Shown here: positions 19,795 through 28,609 of the stretch, one piece after another | How the letters are laid out: the number at the start of each line of letters is the position of its first letter | Position numbering within the stretch: the first letter of the stretch is position 1 | From: Actinomycetota bacterium | GTDB taxonomy: Bacteria; Actinomycetota; UBA4738; HRBIN12 | Direction of reading: 5' to 3' | DNA length: 64,000 nucleotides | Assembly: GCA_035463115.1 (NCBI GenBank) | Contig: DATHTO010000005.1 | Coordinates: forward strand, 4,061 to 68,060 | Translations under genes and position numbers: made by a program | The notes under the pieces: generated by a model | Seen by the model: only the letters and a program-made list of their open reading frames with translations | Told to the model about the DNA's origin: nothing | Databases searched by the model: none

Positions 19795-21431
19795 CAGGGC
19801 GTGACCTCGTTGCTGCGCTCGACGTCGCCGTTCGACAGCTGGAGCGCGCGGTTCACCGCCGCGAGGAACGCGCGGGCGCTCGCCTCGACCACGTCGGTGG
19901 CGACGCCACGGCCGGTCACGCGTCGCCCGTCGACGTCGACCTGGACGACGACGTCACCTAACGCGTCGGTCCCGCCGGTGACGCTCGAGACGTGGAAGCT
20001 CACGAGTCGACCCTCGACGCCGGCGGCCCGTTGGATCGCGCCCATCGCGGCGTCGATCAGGCCGTCGCCCATCGCGGATTCCTCGATCACCTCCTCACCC
20101 CTTCGCAGGCGCACGGTCGCGCGCGGCTGCAGGTGGGTGCCGCCGCCCATCTGGAGCGACTCCATCACGAGGAGGTCCTCGTCGGCGGCGCCGAGCTCTT
20201 CGGCGACGATCGCCGAGAGATCCTGGTCGGTCAGCTGCACCTTCCGGTCGGCGAGATCCTTGAAGCGCGCGAAGGCGCGGTTCAGCTGGGCGTCGTCGAG
20301 CGTGATGCCGATCTTCGACAGCGCGTCGACGAACGCGTGGCGGCCGGAGTGCTTGCCCAGCACGAGCTGGTTGCCCTCGAGCCCGATCTCGACCGGGTCC
20401 ATGATCTCGTACGTCGCACGGTTCGCCAGCACGCCGTGCTGGTGGATGCCGCTCTCGTGCGCGAACGCGCTCGCGCCGACGACGGCCTTGTTCGGCTGCA
20501 CGGAATACCCCGTCGTCATCGAGACGAGCCGCGAGGTGCGCACGATCTCCTTCAGGTTCAGGCCGTGCGTCACCCCGAGGTGCTCGCGTCGGGTGCGGAC
20601 GATCATCGCGATCTCCTCGAGCGAGCAGTTGCCCGCGCGCTCGCCGATCCCGTTCACCGCCACCTCGACCTGACGGGCGCCGTTCTCGATCCCGGCCAGG
20701 GCGTTCGCGACCGCGAGGCCGAGGTCGTTGTGGCAGTGCGTGGAGACGATCACCTCGTCGGGCGTCTGCTCACGGACCACCCGGATCAGCTCGCCGAACT
20801 CCGTCGGCGTCGCGTAGCCGACCGTGTCGGGCACGTTGATCGTCGTCGCGCCGCACGCGACCGCGACCTGGTAGCACTCGAGCAGGAAGTCGAGCTCGGT
20901 CCGGGTCGCGTCCTGGGCGCTGAACTCGACGTCGTCGGTGTAGCTCTTCGCGAGCGTCACGTGCTCCCGGACGGAATCGAGCACCTGTTGGGGGCTCATC
21001 TTCAGCATCGATTCGCGCTGGACGTCGCTCGTCGAGATGAACGTGTGGATCCGCCAGCGATCGGCGCCCTTCAGGGCCTCGGCCGCGCGTCGGATGTCGC
21101 CTTCGGTCGTCCGCGCGAGCGCCGCGATCACGGGTCCCTTCACGCTCGACGCGATCTCGCTCACCGCTTCGAACTCGCCGTGCGACGAGATCGGGAACCC
21201 GGCTTCGAGGATGTCGACGCCGAGCCGGGCGAGCTGCTCGGCGATCTCGACCTTCTCCGAACGCGTCAGCGCGATGCCGGGCGCCTGCTCCCCGTCGCGC
21301 AGGGTCGTGTCGAAGATGTTGACGTGTTCGGTGGGGGCTACGGCTTCGCTCCTTGAGCCCCCTGTGTGTTCAGTGGGGGCTACCGCTTCGCTCCTTGAGC
21401 CCCCTGCTACGCCTACGTCGCCGTCGCTCAT
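19794..21431 (-). CDS. leuA: 2-isopropylmalate synthase
   Basis: 545 aa with [14 protein letters not shown] and [12 protein letters not shown], plus a C-terminal allosteric domain. The ATG overlaps the ilvC stop (ATGA). Confidence 0.9.
   Translation of the reverse strand: MSDGDVGVAGGSRSEAVAPTEHTGGSRSEAVAPTEHVNIFDTTLRDGEQAPGIALTRSEKVEIAEQLARLGVDILEAGFPISSHGEFEAVSEIASSVKGPVIAALARTTEGDIRRAAEALKGADRWRIHTFISTSDVQRESMLKMSPQQVLDSVREHVTLAKSYTDDVEFSAQDATRTELDFLLECYQVAVACGATTINVPDTVGYATPTEFGELIRVVREQTPDEVIVSTHCHNDLGLAVANALAGIENGARQVEVAVNGIGERAGNCSLEEIAMIVRTRREHLGVTHGLNLKEIVRTSRLVSMTTGYSVQPNKAVVGASAFAHESGIHQHGVLANRATYEIMDPVEIGLEGNQLVLGKHSGRHAFVDALSKIGITLDDAQLNRAFARFKDLADRKVQLTDQDLSAIVAEELGAADEDLLVMESLQMGGGTHLQPRATVRLRRGEEVIEESAMGDGLIDAAMGAIQRAAGVEGRLVSFHVSSVTGGTDALGDVVVQVDVDGRRVTGRGVATDVVEASARAFLAAVNRALQLSNGDVERSNEVTP
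21324..21407 (-). repeat. Two tandem 42-bp units (39/42 identical) inside the 5' end of leuA, each containing a 7-bp-stem hairpin
   Basis: Units lie at 21324-21365 and 21366-21407. They encode [13 protein letters not shown] twice. On the RNA strand each reads GGGGGCU-CAAGGAGCGAAGCSGU-AGCCCCC. Confidence 0.9.
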
Positions 21432-22441
21432 GCCGGTGGGACCTTCCTCTCACTCTCCAGCCAGGGCATCATCTGGCGCAGCTGCCGTCCCACGGTCTCG
21501 AGCTGGGACGTCTGCGCCTGCTGGCGAAGTCGGAGGAACTCCGGGAAGCCGGCGTCGGCTTCGGCGATCCACTTCCGGGCGAACGTGCCGTCCTGGATCT
21601 CGGCGAGCACCTGCTCCATGTTCGCGCGCGACCGCTCGTCGATCACGCGCTTGCCGCTCTGGTAGTCGCCCCACTCGGCCGTGTCGGAGACGCTGTACCG
21701 CATCCAGGACAAGCCGCCCTCGTAGATCAGGTCGATGATCAGCTTCAGCTCGTGGAGGCACTCGAAGTACGCGATCTCGGGTTGGTACCCCGCCTCGACG
21801 AGGGTCTCGAAGCCGTTCCGGATCAGCTCGGAGACGCCACCGCACAGGACGGTCTGCTCACCGAAGAGGTCGGTCTCGGTCTCCTCCTTGAACGTCGTCT
21901 CGATGATGCCGGGCTTCGCGCAGCCGATCGCGGCGCCGTAGGCGAGCGCGCGCTGCTTCGCCTTGCCGGTCGCGTCCCGGTGGACGGCGACGAGGCCGGG
22001 CGTGCCGTTGCCCTCGACGTACGTGCGGCGGACGAGGTGGCCGGGGCCCTTCGGCGCGATCATCGTGACGTCGACACCCGCGGGCGGCTCGACGGCGTTG
22101 AAGTGGATCGAGAAGCCGTGGGCGAACATCAGCATGTCGCCGTCCTTCAGGTTCGGCGCGATGTCGGACGCGTAGACGTTCTTGTGGGCCGTGTCGGGCA
22201 GCAGGCACATCACGACGTCGGCCTCGGCGACGGCCTCGGCGGTGTCGAGCACCCGCAAGCCGGCCTCCTCGGCGGTCCGCCGGCTCGGCGACCCCGGCCG
22301 GAGCCCCACGCGGACGTCGAGGCCGGAATCCTGCAGGTTCTGCGCGTGCGCGTGCCCCTGTGAACCGAAGCCGAGCACCGCGATCGTCTGATCGCTGAGG
22401 ACCCCCGGGTCGGTGTCCTTCTCGTAGTAGATCGTCGCCAT
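21428..22441 (-). CDS. ilvC: Ketol-acid reductoisomerase (class I)
   Basis: Trimmed to ATG 22441 (GGAAGGA SD). Begins [11 protein letters not shown]...[13 protein letters not shown]. 337 aa. Confidence 0.95.
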   Translation of the reverse strand: MATIYYEKDTDPGVLSDQTIAVLGFGSQGHAHAQNLQDSGLDVRVGLRPGSPSRRTAEEAGLRVLDTAEAVAEADVVMCLLPDTAHKNVYASDIAPNLKDGDMLMFAHGFSIHFNAVEPPAGVDVTMIAPKGPGHLVRRTYVEGNGTPGLVAVHRDATGKAKQRALAYGAAIGCAKPGIIETTFKEETETDLFGEQTVLCGGVSELIRNGFETLVEAGYQPEIAYFECLHELKLIIDLIYEGGLSWMRYSVSDTAEWGDYQSGKRVIDERSRANMEQVLAEIQDGTFARKWIAEADAGFPEFLRLRQQAQTSQLETVGRQLRQMMPWLESERKVPPA

Positions 22442-22487
22442 CGTTCCCGATCCTTCCCCTGCCTGGAGGTGTGCGCCTCTGCCGCGC

Positions 22488-23030
22488 CTATCCCGCGCCG
22501 GCGGTCTTCGCGGGCCGCAGCACGCGTTCCTTGATGCCACGGTCGCCGCGTGACAGCGCGATCCGACCGGTGCGCGAGAGCTCCACGATGCCGAAGTCCT
22601 CGAGCAGCTCGAGCAGCGCCTCGAGCTTCTCGGGCTTGCCCGTCGCCTCGAGCGTGAGGGTGCCGTGCGTCACGTCGAGGACGTTCACGCGGAACACGTT
22701 CGCGATCTCCATGATGCGCGGCCGTGCGTCGCCGTCGGAACGGACCTTGACCAGCATCAGCTCGCGCTCGACGGCGCTGCCGGGCTCGTGCTCGAGGATC
22801 TTGATCACGTTGATCAGCTTGTTGAGCTGCTTCGTGACCTGCTCCAACGGCTTCGTCTCGACGTTGACGACGATCGTCATCCTCGAGAGGTCGGGAGATT
22901 CCGTGGTGCCGACCGCGAGCGAGTCGATGTTGAACCCCCGCGCGGAGAACAGCCCGGCGACCCGCGTCAGGACGCCCGGCTTGTTCTCGACGAGCACCGA
23001 GATCGTGTGGAGCTTCTGGTGGCTGCTCAT
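22488..23030 (-). CDS. ilvN: Acetolactate synthase small (regulatory, ACT) subunit
   Basis: Trimmed to ATG 23030, overlapping the ilvB stop (ATGA). Begins [38 protein letters not shown]. 180 aa. Confidence 0.95.
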   Translation of the reverse strand: MSSHQKLHTISVLVENKPGVLTRVAGLFSARGFNIDSLAVGTTESPDLSRMTIVVNVETKPLEQVTKQLNKLINVIKILEHEPGSAVERELMLVKVRSDGDARPRIMEIANVFRVNVLDVTHGTLTLEATGKPEKLEALLELLEDFGIVELSRTGRIALSRGDRGIKERVLRPAKTAGAG

Positions 23031-24784
23031 GCGATCGGAGCCTCCGCGGGATCGGTCGTCGGCTGCACGGCTTCGGGACCGAGGATGATGTCGTCGTTCG
23101 ACGCCCCGGCCGGAACCATCGGGAACACGCCCTCGGACGGATCGACGCGGAAGTCGATCACGACGCTCCGGTCCGTGATCGAGTAGGCCTTCTCGATCGC
23201 GGCGTCGACCTCGTCGGCGCTGTCGACGCGCAATCCGACCGCGCCGTACGCCTCGGCGAGCTTCACGTAGTCGGGCACGTCGGGGTTCAGGTAGACGCCG
23301 GAATAGCGCTGGTCGAAGAAGAGCTCCTGCCACTGACGGACCATGCCCAGGTAGCCGTTGTTCAAGATCGCGGTCACGAACGGGATGTCCTCGGTGGTGC
23401 TCGTCGCGAGCTCCTGCGCCGTCATCTGGAAGCAGCCGTCGCCGTCGATCGCGACGACGCGCTTGCTCGGCTGCCCCACCTTCGCTCCCAGCGCCGCCGG
23501 AACCGCGAAGCCCATCGTTCCGAGGCCTCCGGAGTTGATCCAATGCCGGGGGCGCTCGAAGCGCCAGTGCTGCGATGCGTACATCTGGTGCTGTCCGACG
23601 CCCGCGACGAGGATCGTGTCGTCGTCGGCGATCGCACGGAGCCGCTCGACCGCGTACTGCGGCTTCAGCGGGCCGTCGGGCTGTTGGTCGTACCGGTAGG
23701 GATGGCGCTGCCGCCACTCGCGGAGCTGGCCCAACCACGGGTCGCGGTTCGGCGCGCCCTGGTCATCCTGTCGCCTCGCGATCTCGGCGGCCATCCTGCC
23801 GATCACGTCGCGGCAGTCACCGACGATCGGCACGTCGGCGGCTCGGTTCTTGCCGATCTCCGCCGGGTCGATGTCGACGTGGACGATCTTCGCGTGCGGC
23901 GCGAACGCGGCGAGCTTGCCCGTGACGCGGTCGTCGAACCGGGCCCCGAGCGCGACGAGGAGGTCGGCCTTCTGCATCGCCGTGACGGCCGTGTAGTTGC
24001 CGTGCATCCCCGGCATGCCGAAGCACAGGTCGTGCGAGTCGGGGAACGCGCCGCGAGCCATCAGCGTGGTGACGACCGGGAGCTGGCCGGTGGTCGCGAG
24101 GTCGTACAGCTCCTTCGACGCATCGGCCTTGATCACGCCGCCGCCCGCGTAGAGCACCGGACGTTCGGCGGCGAGCATCATCTTGACCGCCTCGACGATC
24201 TGCCGTTCGTTGCCCTTCGTCGTCGGCTTGTACCCGGGCATCTTCACGCGCTCGGGCCAGTGCCACGAGGTCTCGTTGATCAACACGTCCTTGGGAAGGT
24301 CGACCAGCACCGGGCCGGGGCGACCGGTCGTCGCGATGTGGAAGGCCTCGCGGACGGTCTCGACGATGTCGTCGGGGTCCTTGACGAGGAAGTTGTGCTT
24401 CGTGATCGGCATCGTGATGCCGGTGATGTCGGCCTCTTGGAAGGCGTCGTTGCCGACCACCGGCGTGGGGACCTGCCCCGTGATGGCCACGATCGGGACC
24501 GAGTCCATCTTCGCGTCGGCGAGCGGCGTGACGAGGTTGGTCCCGCCCGGACCGCTCGTCGCCATGCAGACGCCGGGCTTGCCGGTCGCCCACGCGTAGC
24601 CCTCGGCGGCGTGGCCGGCGCCCTGTTCGTGGCGGCAGAGGATGTGCCGGATCGAGCTCCCGTCGACCAGCGGGTCGTAGATCGGCATGCTCGCGCCGCC
24701 GGGGATGCCGAAGATCACGTCGACGCCCTCGTGCTCGAGGGCCCGCAGCAGCGTCTGCGCGCCGGTGAGCCGTTCCGGCGTCAT
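23027..24784 (-). CDS. ilvB: Acetolactate synthase large subunit
   Basis: Trimmed to ATG 24784. Begins [30 protein letters not shown]. ThDP motif [17 protein letters not shown]...DGDGCFQM. 585 aa. Confidence 0.95.
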   Translation of the reverse strand: MTPERLTGAQTLLRALEHEGVDVIFGIPGGASMPIYDPLVDGSSIRHILCRHEQGAGHAAEGYAWATGKPGVCMATSGPGGTNLVTPLADAKMDSVPIVAITGQVPTPVVGNDAFQEADITGITMPITKHNFLVKDPDDIVETVREAFHIATTGRPGPVLVDLPKDVLINETSWHWPERVKMPGYKPTTKGNERQIVEAVKMMLAAERPVLYAGGGVIKADASKELYDLATTGQLPVVTTLMARGAFPDSHDLCFGMPGMHGNYTAVTAMQKADLLVALGARFDDRVTGKLAAFAPHAKIVHVDIDPAEIGKNRAADVPIVGDCRDVIGRMAAEIARRQDDQGAPNRDPWLGQLREWRQRHPYRYDQQPDGPLKPQYAVERLRAIADDDTILVAGVGQHQMYASQHWRFERPRHWINSGGLGTMGFAVPAALGAKVGQPSKRVVAIDGDGCFQMTAQELATSTTEDIPFVTAILNNGYLGMVRQWQELFFDQRYSGVYLNPDVPDYVKLAEAYGAVGLRVDSADEVDAAIEKAYSITDRSVVIDFRVDPSEGVFPMVPAGASNDDIILGPEAVQPTTDPAEAPIA

Positions 24785-25092
24785 CGGGCGATCGCCTCCT
24801 CCACGGGACCCGTTTCGACCCGGCGGACGTGTGCCTGCAGCCGGTGCGCCAGGTTCCGGCACGCGCGCTCGAACTCCCACGGCGTCCAGTCGCGTCGGCG
24901 CATCTGCAGGACCTCCTTCTCGTGGTCCTCGTCGACGTCGAACCCGGCTCCGAGGTAGACGACCTCGCTCGCGAGGTAGCGGTCGACGACGCCGCGGGTG
25001 GAGACGTCGGCGGTCTCGACGGCGACCTGCCCTGGCCCCTCCCAGAGCACGCTCGCCACGATCGCGCCGTCCCGCTCGAACTCGTACCGCAT
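24781..25092 (-). CDS. Hypothetical 103-aa acidic protein, translationally coupled to ilvB
   Basis: Trimmed from the 190-aa track ORF to ATG 25092 (AGGAG about 9 nt upstream). Begins [29 protein letters not shown]... Near-uniform G/C third positions. The stop overlaps the ilvB ATG (ATGA). No family recognised. Confidence 0.6.
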   Translation of the reverse strand: MRYEFERDGAIVASVLWEGPGQVAVETADVSTRGVVDRYLASEVVYLGAGFDVDEDHEKEVLQMRRRDWTPWEFERACRNLAHRLQAHVRRVETGPVEEAIAR

Positions 25093-25225
25093 GTGGATCG
25101 CTCCTCTCGATGGGCCCTCGATGTCGGGGCGCCGCTGTGGTCTCACGTCTCGCGCGTCGCGTTCCGCGTGGACCCCGGGAGCCGTCGCCGACCGGTCTTC
25201 GGCACGTCCACGGACCCCGGGTACG

Positions 25226-25250
25226 AAAAACCCCTCGCGTGTGCGAGGGG
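25226..25250 (-). terminator. Intrinsic terminator of the ilv attenuator
   Basis: On the RNA strand: CCCCUCGC-ACAC-GCGAGGGG followed by UUUUU. It lies 134 nt upstream of orf103 and about 40 nt downstream of the leader-peptide stop. Confidence 0.75.
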
Positions 25251-25289
25251 TGAAGGCGCGGAGCACGGCCTCGAGGGCCGGTTCCGCGC

Positions 25290-25343
25290 CTACGCGATAA
25301 GTACGAGGGTGCTGCGCCCGGTGATCACCGTGGTCGTGTGCAT
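25290..25343 (-). CDS. Candidate ilv leader peptide (17 aa) [17 protein letters not shown]
   Basis: ATG 25343 to TAG 25292-25290. The peptide is rich in Val/Ile/Leu/Thr. LVLI is encoded CTC GTA CTT ATC, with A/T-ending codons that are unusual here. The stop sits in the base of a hairpin (25255-25290) preceding the terminator. Confidence 0.6.
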   Translation of the reverse strand: MHTTTVITGRSTLVLIA

Positions 25344-25352
25344 GGCTCCGCA

Positions 25353-25380
25353 AGTCTAGAGGTCATCGCCGAGGTGTCAA
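25353..25380 (-). promoter_or_regulatory. Candidate promoter of the ilv-leu operon
   Basis: Minus strand: TTGACA (25380-25375), a 16-nt spacer, then TAGACT (25358-25353). The leader-peptide ATG lies 9 nt downstream of the -10 box. Confidence 0.5.
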
Positions 25381-25468
25381 CCGGTGGACCGGGCGTCGGC
25401 CGGCTGGCGGACGTCGATGAGCCCGACGCGACGGACGGCGGCCGTTGCCCGGCCCTGGACCGGCGCCC

Positions 25469-26284
25469 TCAGGCGATCTGGAACGAGCGCTTCGCGAGAC
25501 CCATGAAGTACCCCTCGATCGCGGTGTCGGGGCCATCCTCGGGGTCACCGGCGGCGCCGAGCGTCACGAACAGGGGCGCGAAGTGCTCCACCGTCGGATG
25601 GGCGTACGGCATGCCCGGCGCCTTCGACCGGAAATCCATGAGGGCGTCGACGTCGCCGCGCCCGAGCATCTCGGCGGCCCACGCGTCGAAGTCCCGCGAC
25701 CATCCCGGTGGCGTGGCGTCGATCCGCCAGTCCGTCAGGAACGGCAGACCGTGCGTCAGGAACCCCGAGCCGATGATCAAGACGCCCTCGTCGCGGAGCG
25801 GCCGAAGGCGCCGGCCGAGCTCGAACAGGCGCTGCGGATCGAGCGTCGGCATCGAGATCTGCAGCACGGGGATGTCGGCCTCGGGGAACATCACCAGCAG
25901 CGGAACGAACGCCCCGTGGTCGAGCCCGTAGTCGGGGCGCTCGGCGACGGGCTCGGACTCGGGCATCATCGCCGTCACCCTGCGGGCGAGGTCCGGAGCG
26001 CCGGGCGAGGGATAGGTCATCTCGTAGTACCGCTGCGGGAACCCGTAGAAGTCGTAGGTGAGCGGCGCGGCGTCGGCGGTAGCCCCGACCGTGAGCGGCG
26101 CCGATTCCCAGTGCGCCGACACGATCAGGATCTGCTTCGGCTTCGGGAGCGTCGACGCCCATCCGGCGAGCTGACCGACCCAGAGCTCGTCATCGACGAG
26201 CGGAGGCGCGCCGTGGCCGAGGTACAGCGCCGGCATGCGGCCGGAGCGTGCGTCGTGCTGCTCTTCCGTCTGTTCCGTCGTCAT
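25469..26284 (-). CDS. Class-III extradiol ring-cleavage dioxygenase (LigB/YgiD, 4,5-DOPA dioxygenase-like)
   Basis: Trimmed from the 675-aa track ORF to ATG 26284 (GAGAGGGG SD). 271 aa with LGHGAPP, SAHWE and DHGAFVPL. Confidence 0.85.
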   Translation of the reverse strand: MTTEQTEEQHDARSGRMPALYLGHGAPPLVDDELWVGQLAGWASTLPKPKQILIVSAHWESAPLTVGATADAAPLTYDFYGFPQRYYEMTYPSPGAPDLARRVTAMMPESEPVAERPDYGLDHGAFVPLLVMFPEADIPVLQISMPTLDPQRLFELGRRLRPLRDEGVLIIGSGFLTHGLPFLTDWRIDATPPGWSRDFDAWAAEMLGRGDVDALMDFRSKAPGMPYAHPTVEHFAPLFVTLGAAGDPEDGPDTAIEGYFMGLAKRSFQIA

Positions 26285-26422
26285 GCGAGCCCCTCTCGGA
26301 AGCAGCGTACGTCCGGAGCGCCGATCCGTTCGGGCCTCGGTCTCCGTCCGAGCGGCGCTTCTCTCGTTCGGGATAGGGTGACGGGGGGTAGACCAACCTC
26401 GACCGGAGGCAGGGAACCCGAC

Positions 26423-27991
26423 ATGAACGCTCTCGCGATCGAATCTCCGCTCGTCGTGGCATCGAACCGCGGCCCCGTCTCGTTCTTCCCGGACGAGGCC
26501 GGTGACCTGCGCTCCGAGCGCGGCAGCGGCGGCCTGGTGACGGCGCTCGCCGGCGTGCTCTTCGAGGCCGACGCGACGTGGATCGCCGCGGCCATGACCG
26601 ACGGCGATCGGCAGGTCGCGGCGTCGAACCAGACGGTCGAGGTCGATCCCGTCGGGCACATGGGGTTCCTCGAGATCGCGAGCGATCGGTACGAGGGGTT
26701 CTACAACGGCATCGCGAACCACATCCTGTGGTTCATCCACCACCACCTGTGGGAGGTCGCGACCGATCCCGTGTTCGACGAGGGCACCCTCCGCGCGTGG
26801 GACGACTACCGCGAGGTGAACCGGCAGTTCGCGCACGCGCTCGATGCGGAACAGGGCCGCAACCCCGTCTACCTGATCCAGGACTACCACCTGTCGCTCG
26901 TCCCGGGGTACCTGCGAGAGCTGCAGCCGCGAGCCCGGATCGCGCACTTCTCGCACACGCCGTTCGTCGGACCGACGTTCATCCGCCTCCTGCCCGACGA
27001 GATGCGCGAGTCGTTGCTGCGCGGCATGCTCGGCGCCGACGTCCTCGGCTTCCAGTCCGAACAATGGGCCGAGAACTTCCTGCTGTGCGTGCGTGAGCTT
27101 CCGGGGGCCCGCGTCGATCTGCGTCGCCGTCGCGTCGCGATCGACGGGCGCACCGTCCTGGTGCGGAGCTATCCGATCGCGCTCGATCCGGGACCGCTGC
27201 GCCGCACGGCCGCCAGCGCCGAGGTCAAGGCTCTGCGCAAGGAGCTCGAGGAGTGGAAGGGCGACGCGAAGCTGCTCCTGCGCGTCGACCGGATGGAGCT
27301 GTCGAAGAACGTTCCGCGGGGGTTCATGGCGTACGAGCGCTTCCTGTCCGATCACTCGAACTGGCACGGGCGCGTGAAGTTCCTCGCGTTGCTGCCGCCC
27401 TCGCGCACCGACATCCCGGAGTACGCGGCGTACGCGGATCGCTCCTTCGAGGAAGCCGAGCGCGTGAACGCGAAGTACGGGACCGACGACTGGCAACCGG
27501 TCGAGATCCGCGCGAAGGAGGACTACGTCGGCGCGGTCGCCGCGTACGGTCTCTACGACGCGCTCCTCGTGAACCCGGTCTTCGACGGCATGAACCTCGT
27601 TGCGATGGAAGGCCCGCTCGTCAACAAGCGCAACGGCGTCCTCGTGCTCTCACGCAACGCCGGCGCCTTCGCGCGGCTGGGGCGCCACGCCGTTCCGGTG
27701 AACCCGTTCGACCTGAACGAGACGGCCGAGGCGATCCGGTTCGCGCTGGAGATGCCGACCGACCAACGGATGCGGCGGGCGCGAGGGCTCGCTCGCGCCG
27801 TCCTGGCGCACAGCCCGGCTCGGTGGTTGACGACGCAGCTCCGCGACGTCGACGCGGCGCAGGGGCTCGGCTCAGAGGGTGCGCAGCAGCTCGACGACGC
27901 CGGCGGGCCCTTCCACGACCACGTCGGCGGCTTCGCGCAGGGCCACGGGGGTTTCGTCACCGAGCACGGCGACCTTCCGCACCAGCACTGA
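26423..27991 (+). CDS. otsA: Trehalose-6-phosphate synthase (GT20)
   Basis: Trimmed to ATG 26423. Motifs VVASNRGPVSF, GGLVTAL, IQDYHL, HFSHTPF and VNPVFDGMNLVAMEG. The last 120 nt overlap the convergent otsB. Confidence 0.9.
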   Translation: MNALAIESPLVVASNRGPVSFFPDEAGDLRSERGSGGLVTALAGVLFEADATWIAAAMTDGDRQVAASNQTVEVDPVGHMGFLEIASDRYEGFYNGIANHILWFIHHHLWEVATDPVFDEGTLRAWDDYREVNRQFAHALDAEQGRNPVYLIQDYHLSLVPGYLRELQPRARIAHFSHTPFVGPTFIRLLPDEMRESLLRGMLGADVLGFQSEQWAENFLLCVRELPGARVDLRRRRVAIDGRTVLVRSYPIALDPGPLRRTAASAEVKALRKELEEWKGDAKLLLRVDRMELSKNVPRGFMAYERFLSDHSNWHGRVKFLALLPPSRTDIPEYAAYADRSFEEAERVNAKYGTDDWQPVEIRAKEDYVGAVAAYGLYDALLVNPVFDGMNLVAMEGPLVNKRNGVLVLSRNAGAFARLGRHAVPVNPFDLNETAEAIRFALEMPTDQRMRRARGLARAVLAHSPARWLTTQLRDVDAAQGLGSEGAQQLDDAGGPFHDHVGGFAQGHGGFVTEHGDLPHQH

Positions 27992-28609
27992 GTCACCGCG
28001 CCGCCCGGCGTACCGGTCGAGCGCGTCGAACGCCTCCAGGTCGGCGACGTCGTCGCCCGCGTACAGCGCCGCGGCCGGCTCAGCGTCGTCGAGGATCGCG
28101 GACACAGCCTCACCCTTGCCGCCAGCACCGGCGGGCGCCAGTTCCCAGACCCGCTTGCCGGCGAGGACGCGGAACCCCGCCCGCGTCGCCACGGCGTCGA
28201 GCACCGGAAGGAGCGCCGCAGCCGCCCCGTCGGGATCCGCGGTGTTCCGGTAGTGCACCGCCACCGACGCCCCCTTGGCCTCGACCTGCGTCCCGTCGAT
28301 CGCGTCCGCCGCGCGCGCGACCTCCTCGACGACCGCCGGCGGCACCGGTGGCAGCCCTTCGAAGCCGTACAGCCCCGCGATCCGCAACCCGTCGACCGGG
28401 CCGAGCAGCCGGCGGACGACCTCGGACGGGCGTCCCGTCACGATCCACACCGAGGCGACCCGGCCGACGAGCGCAGCGAGCGCAGCCGACGCGCCGCTCA
28501 CCGGTCGAGCGTCTTCGGGCCGCTCGACGATGGGCGCGAGCGTCCCGTCGAAGTCGAGCAGCACGACCGCCTCGGCTCGCCGCTCGCGGACCGCGGCGAG
28601 GTCGATCAC
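27872..28609 (-). CDS. otsB: Trehalose-6-phosphate phosphatase (HAD)
   Basis: Trimmed to GTG 28609, overlapping the GH15 stop (GTGA). Motifs LLDFDGTLAP, GKGEAV and YAGDDVADLEAF. 245 aa. Confidence 0.85.
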   Translation of the reverse strand: MIDLAAVRERRAEAVVLLDFDGTLAPIVERPEDARPVSGASAALAALVGRVASVWIVTGRPSEVVRRLLGPVDGLRIAGLYGFEGLPPVPPAVVEEVARAADAIDGTQVEAKGASVAVHYRNTADPDGAAAALLPVLDAVATRAGFRVLAGKRVWELAPAGAGGKGEAVSAILDDAEPAAALYAGDDVADLEAFDALDRYAGRRGDSVLVRKVAVLGDETPVALREAADVVVEGPAGVVELLRTL

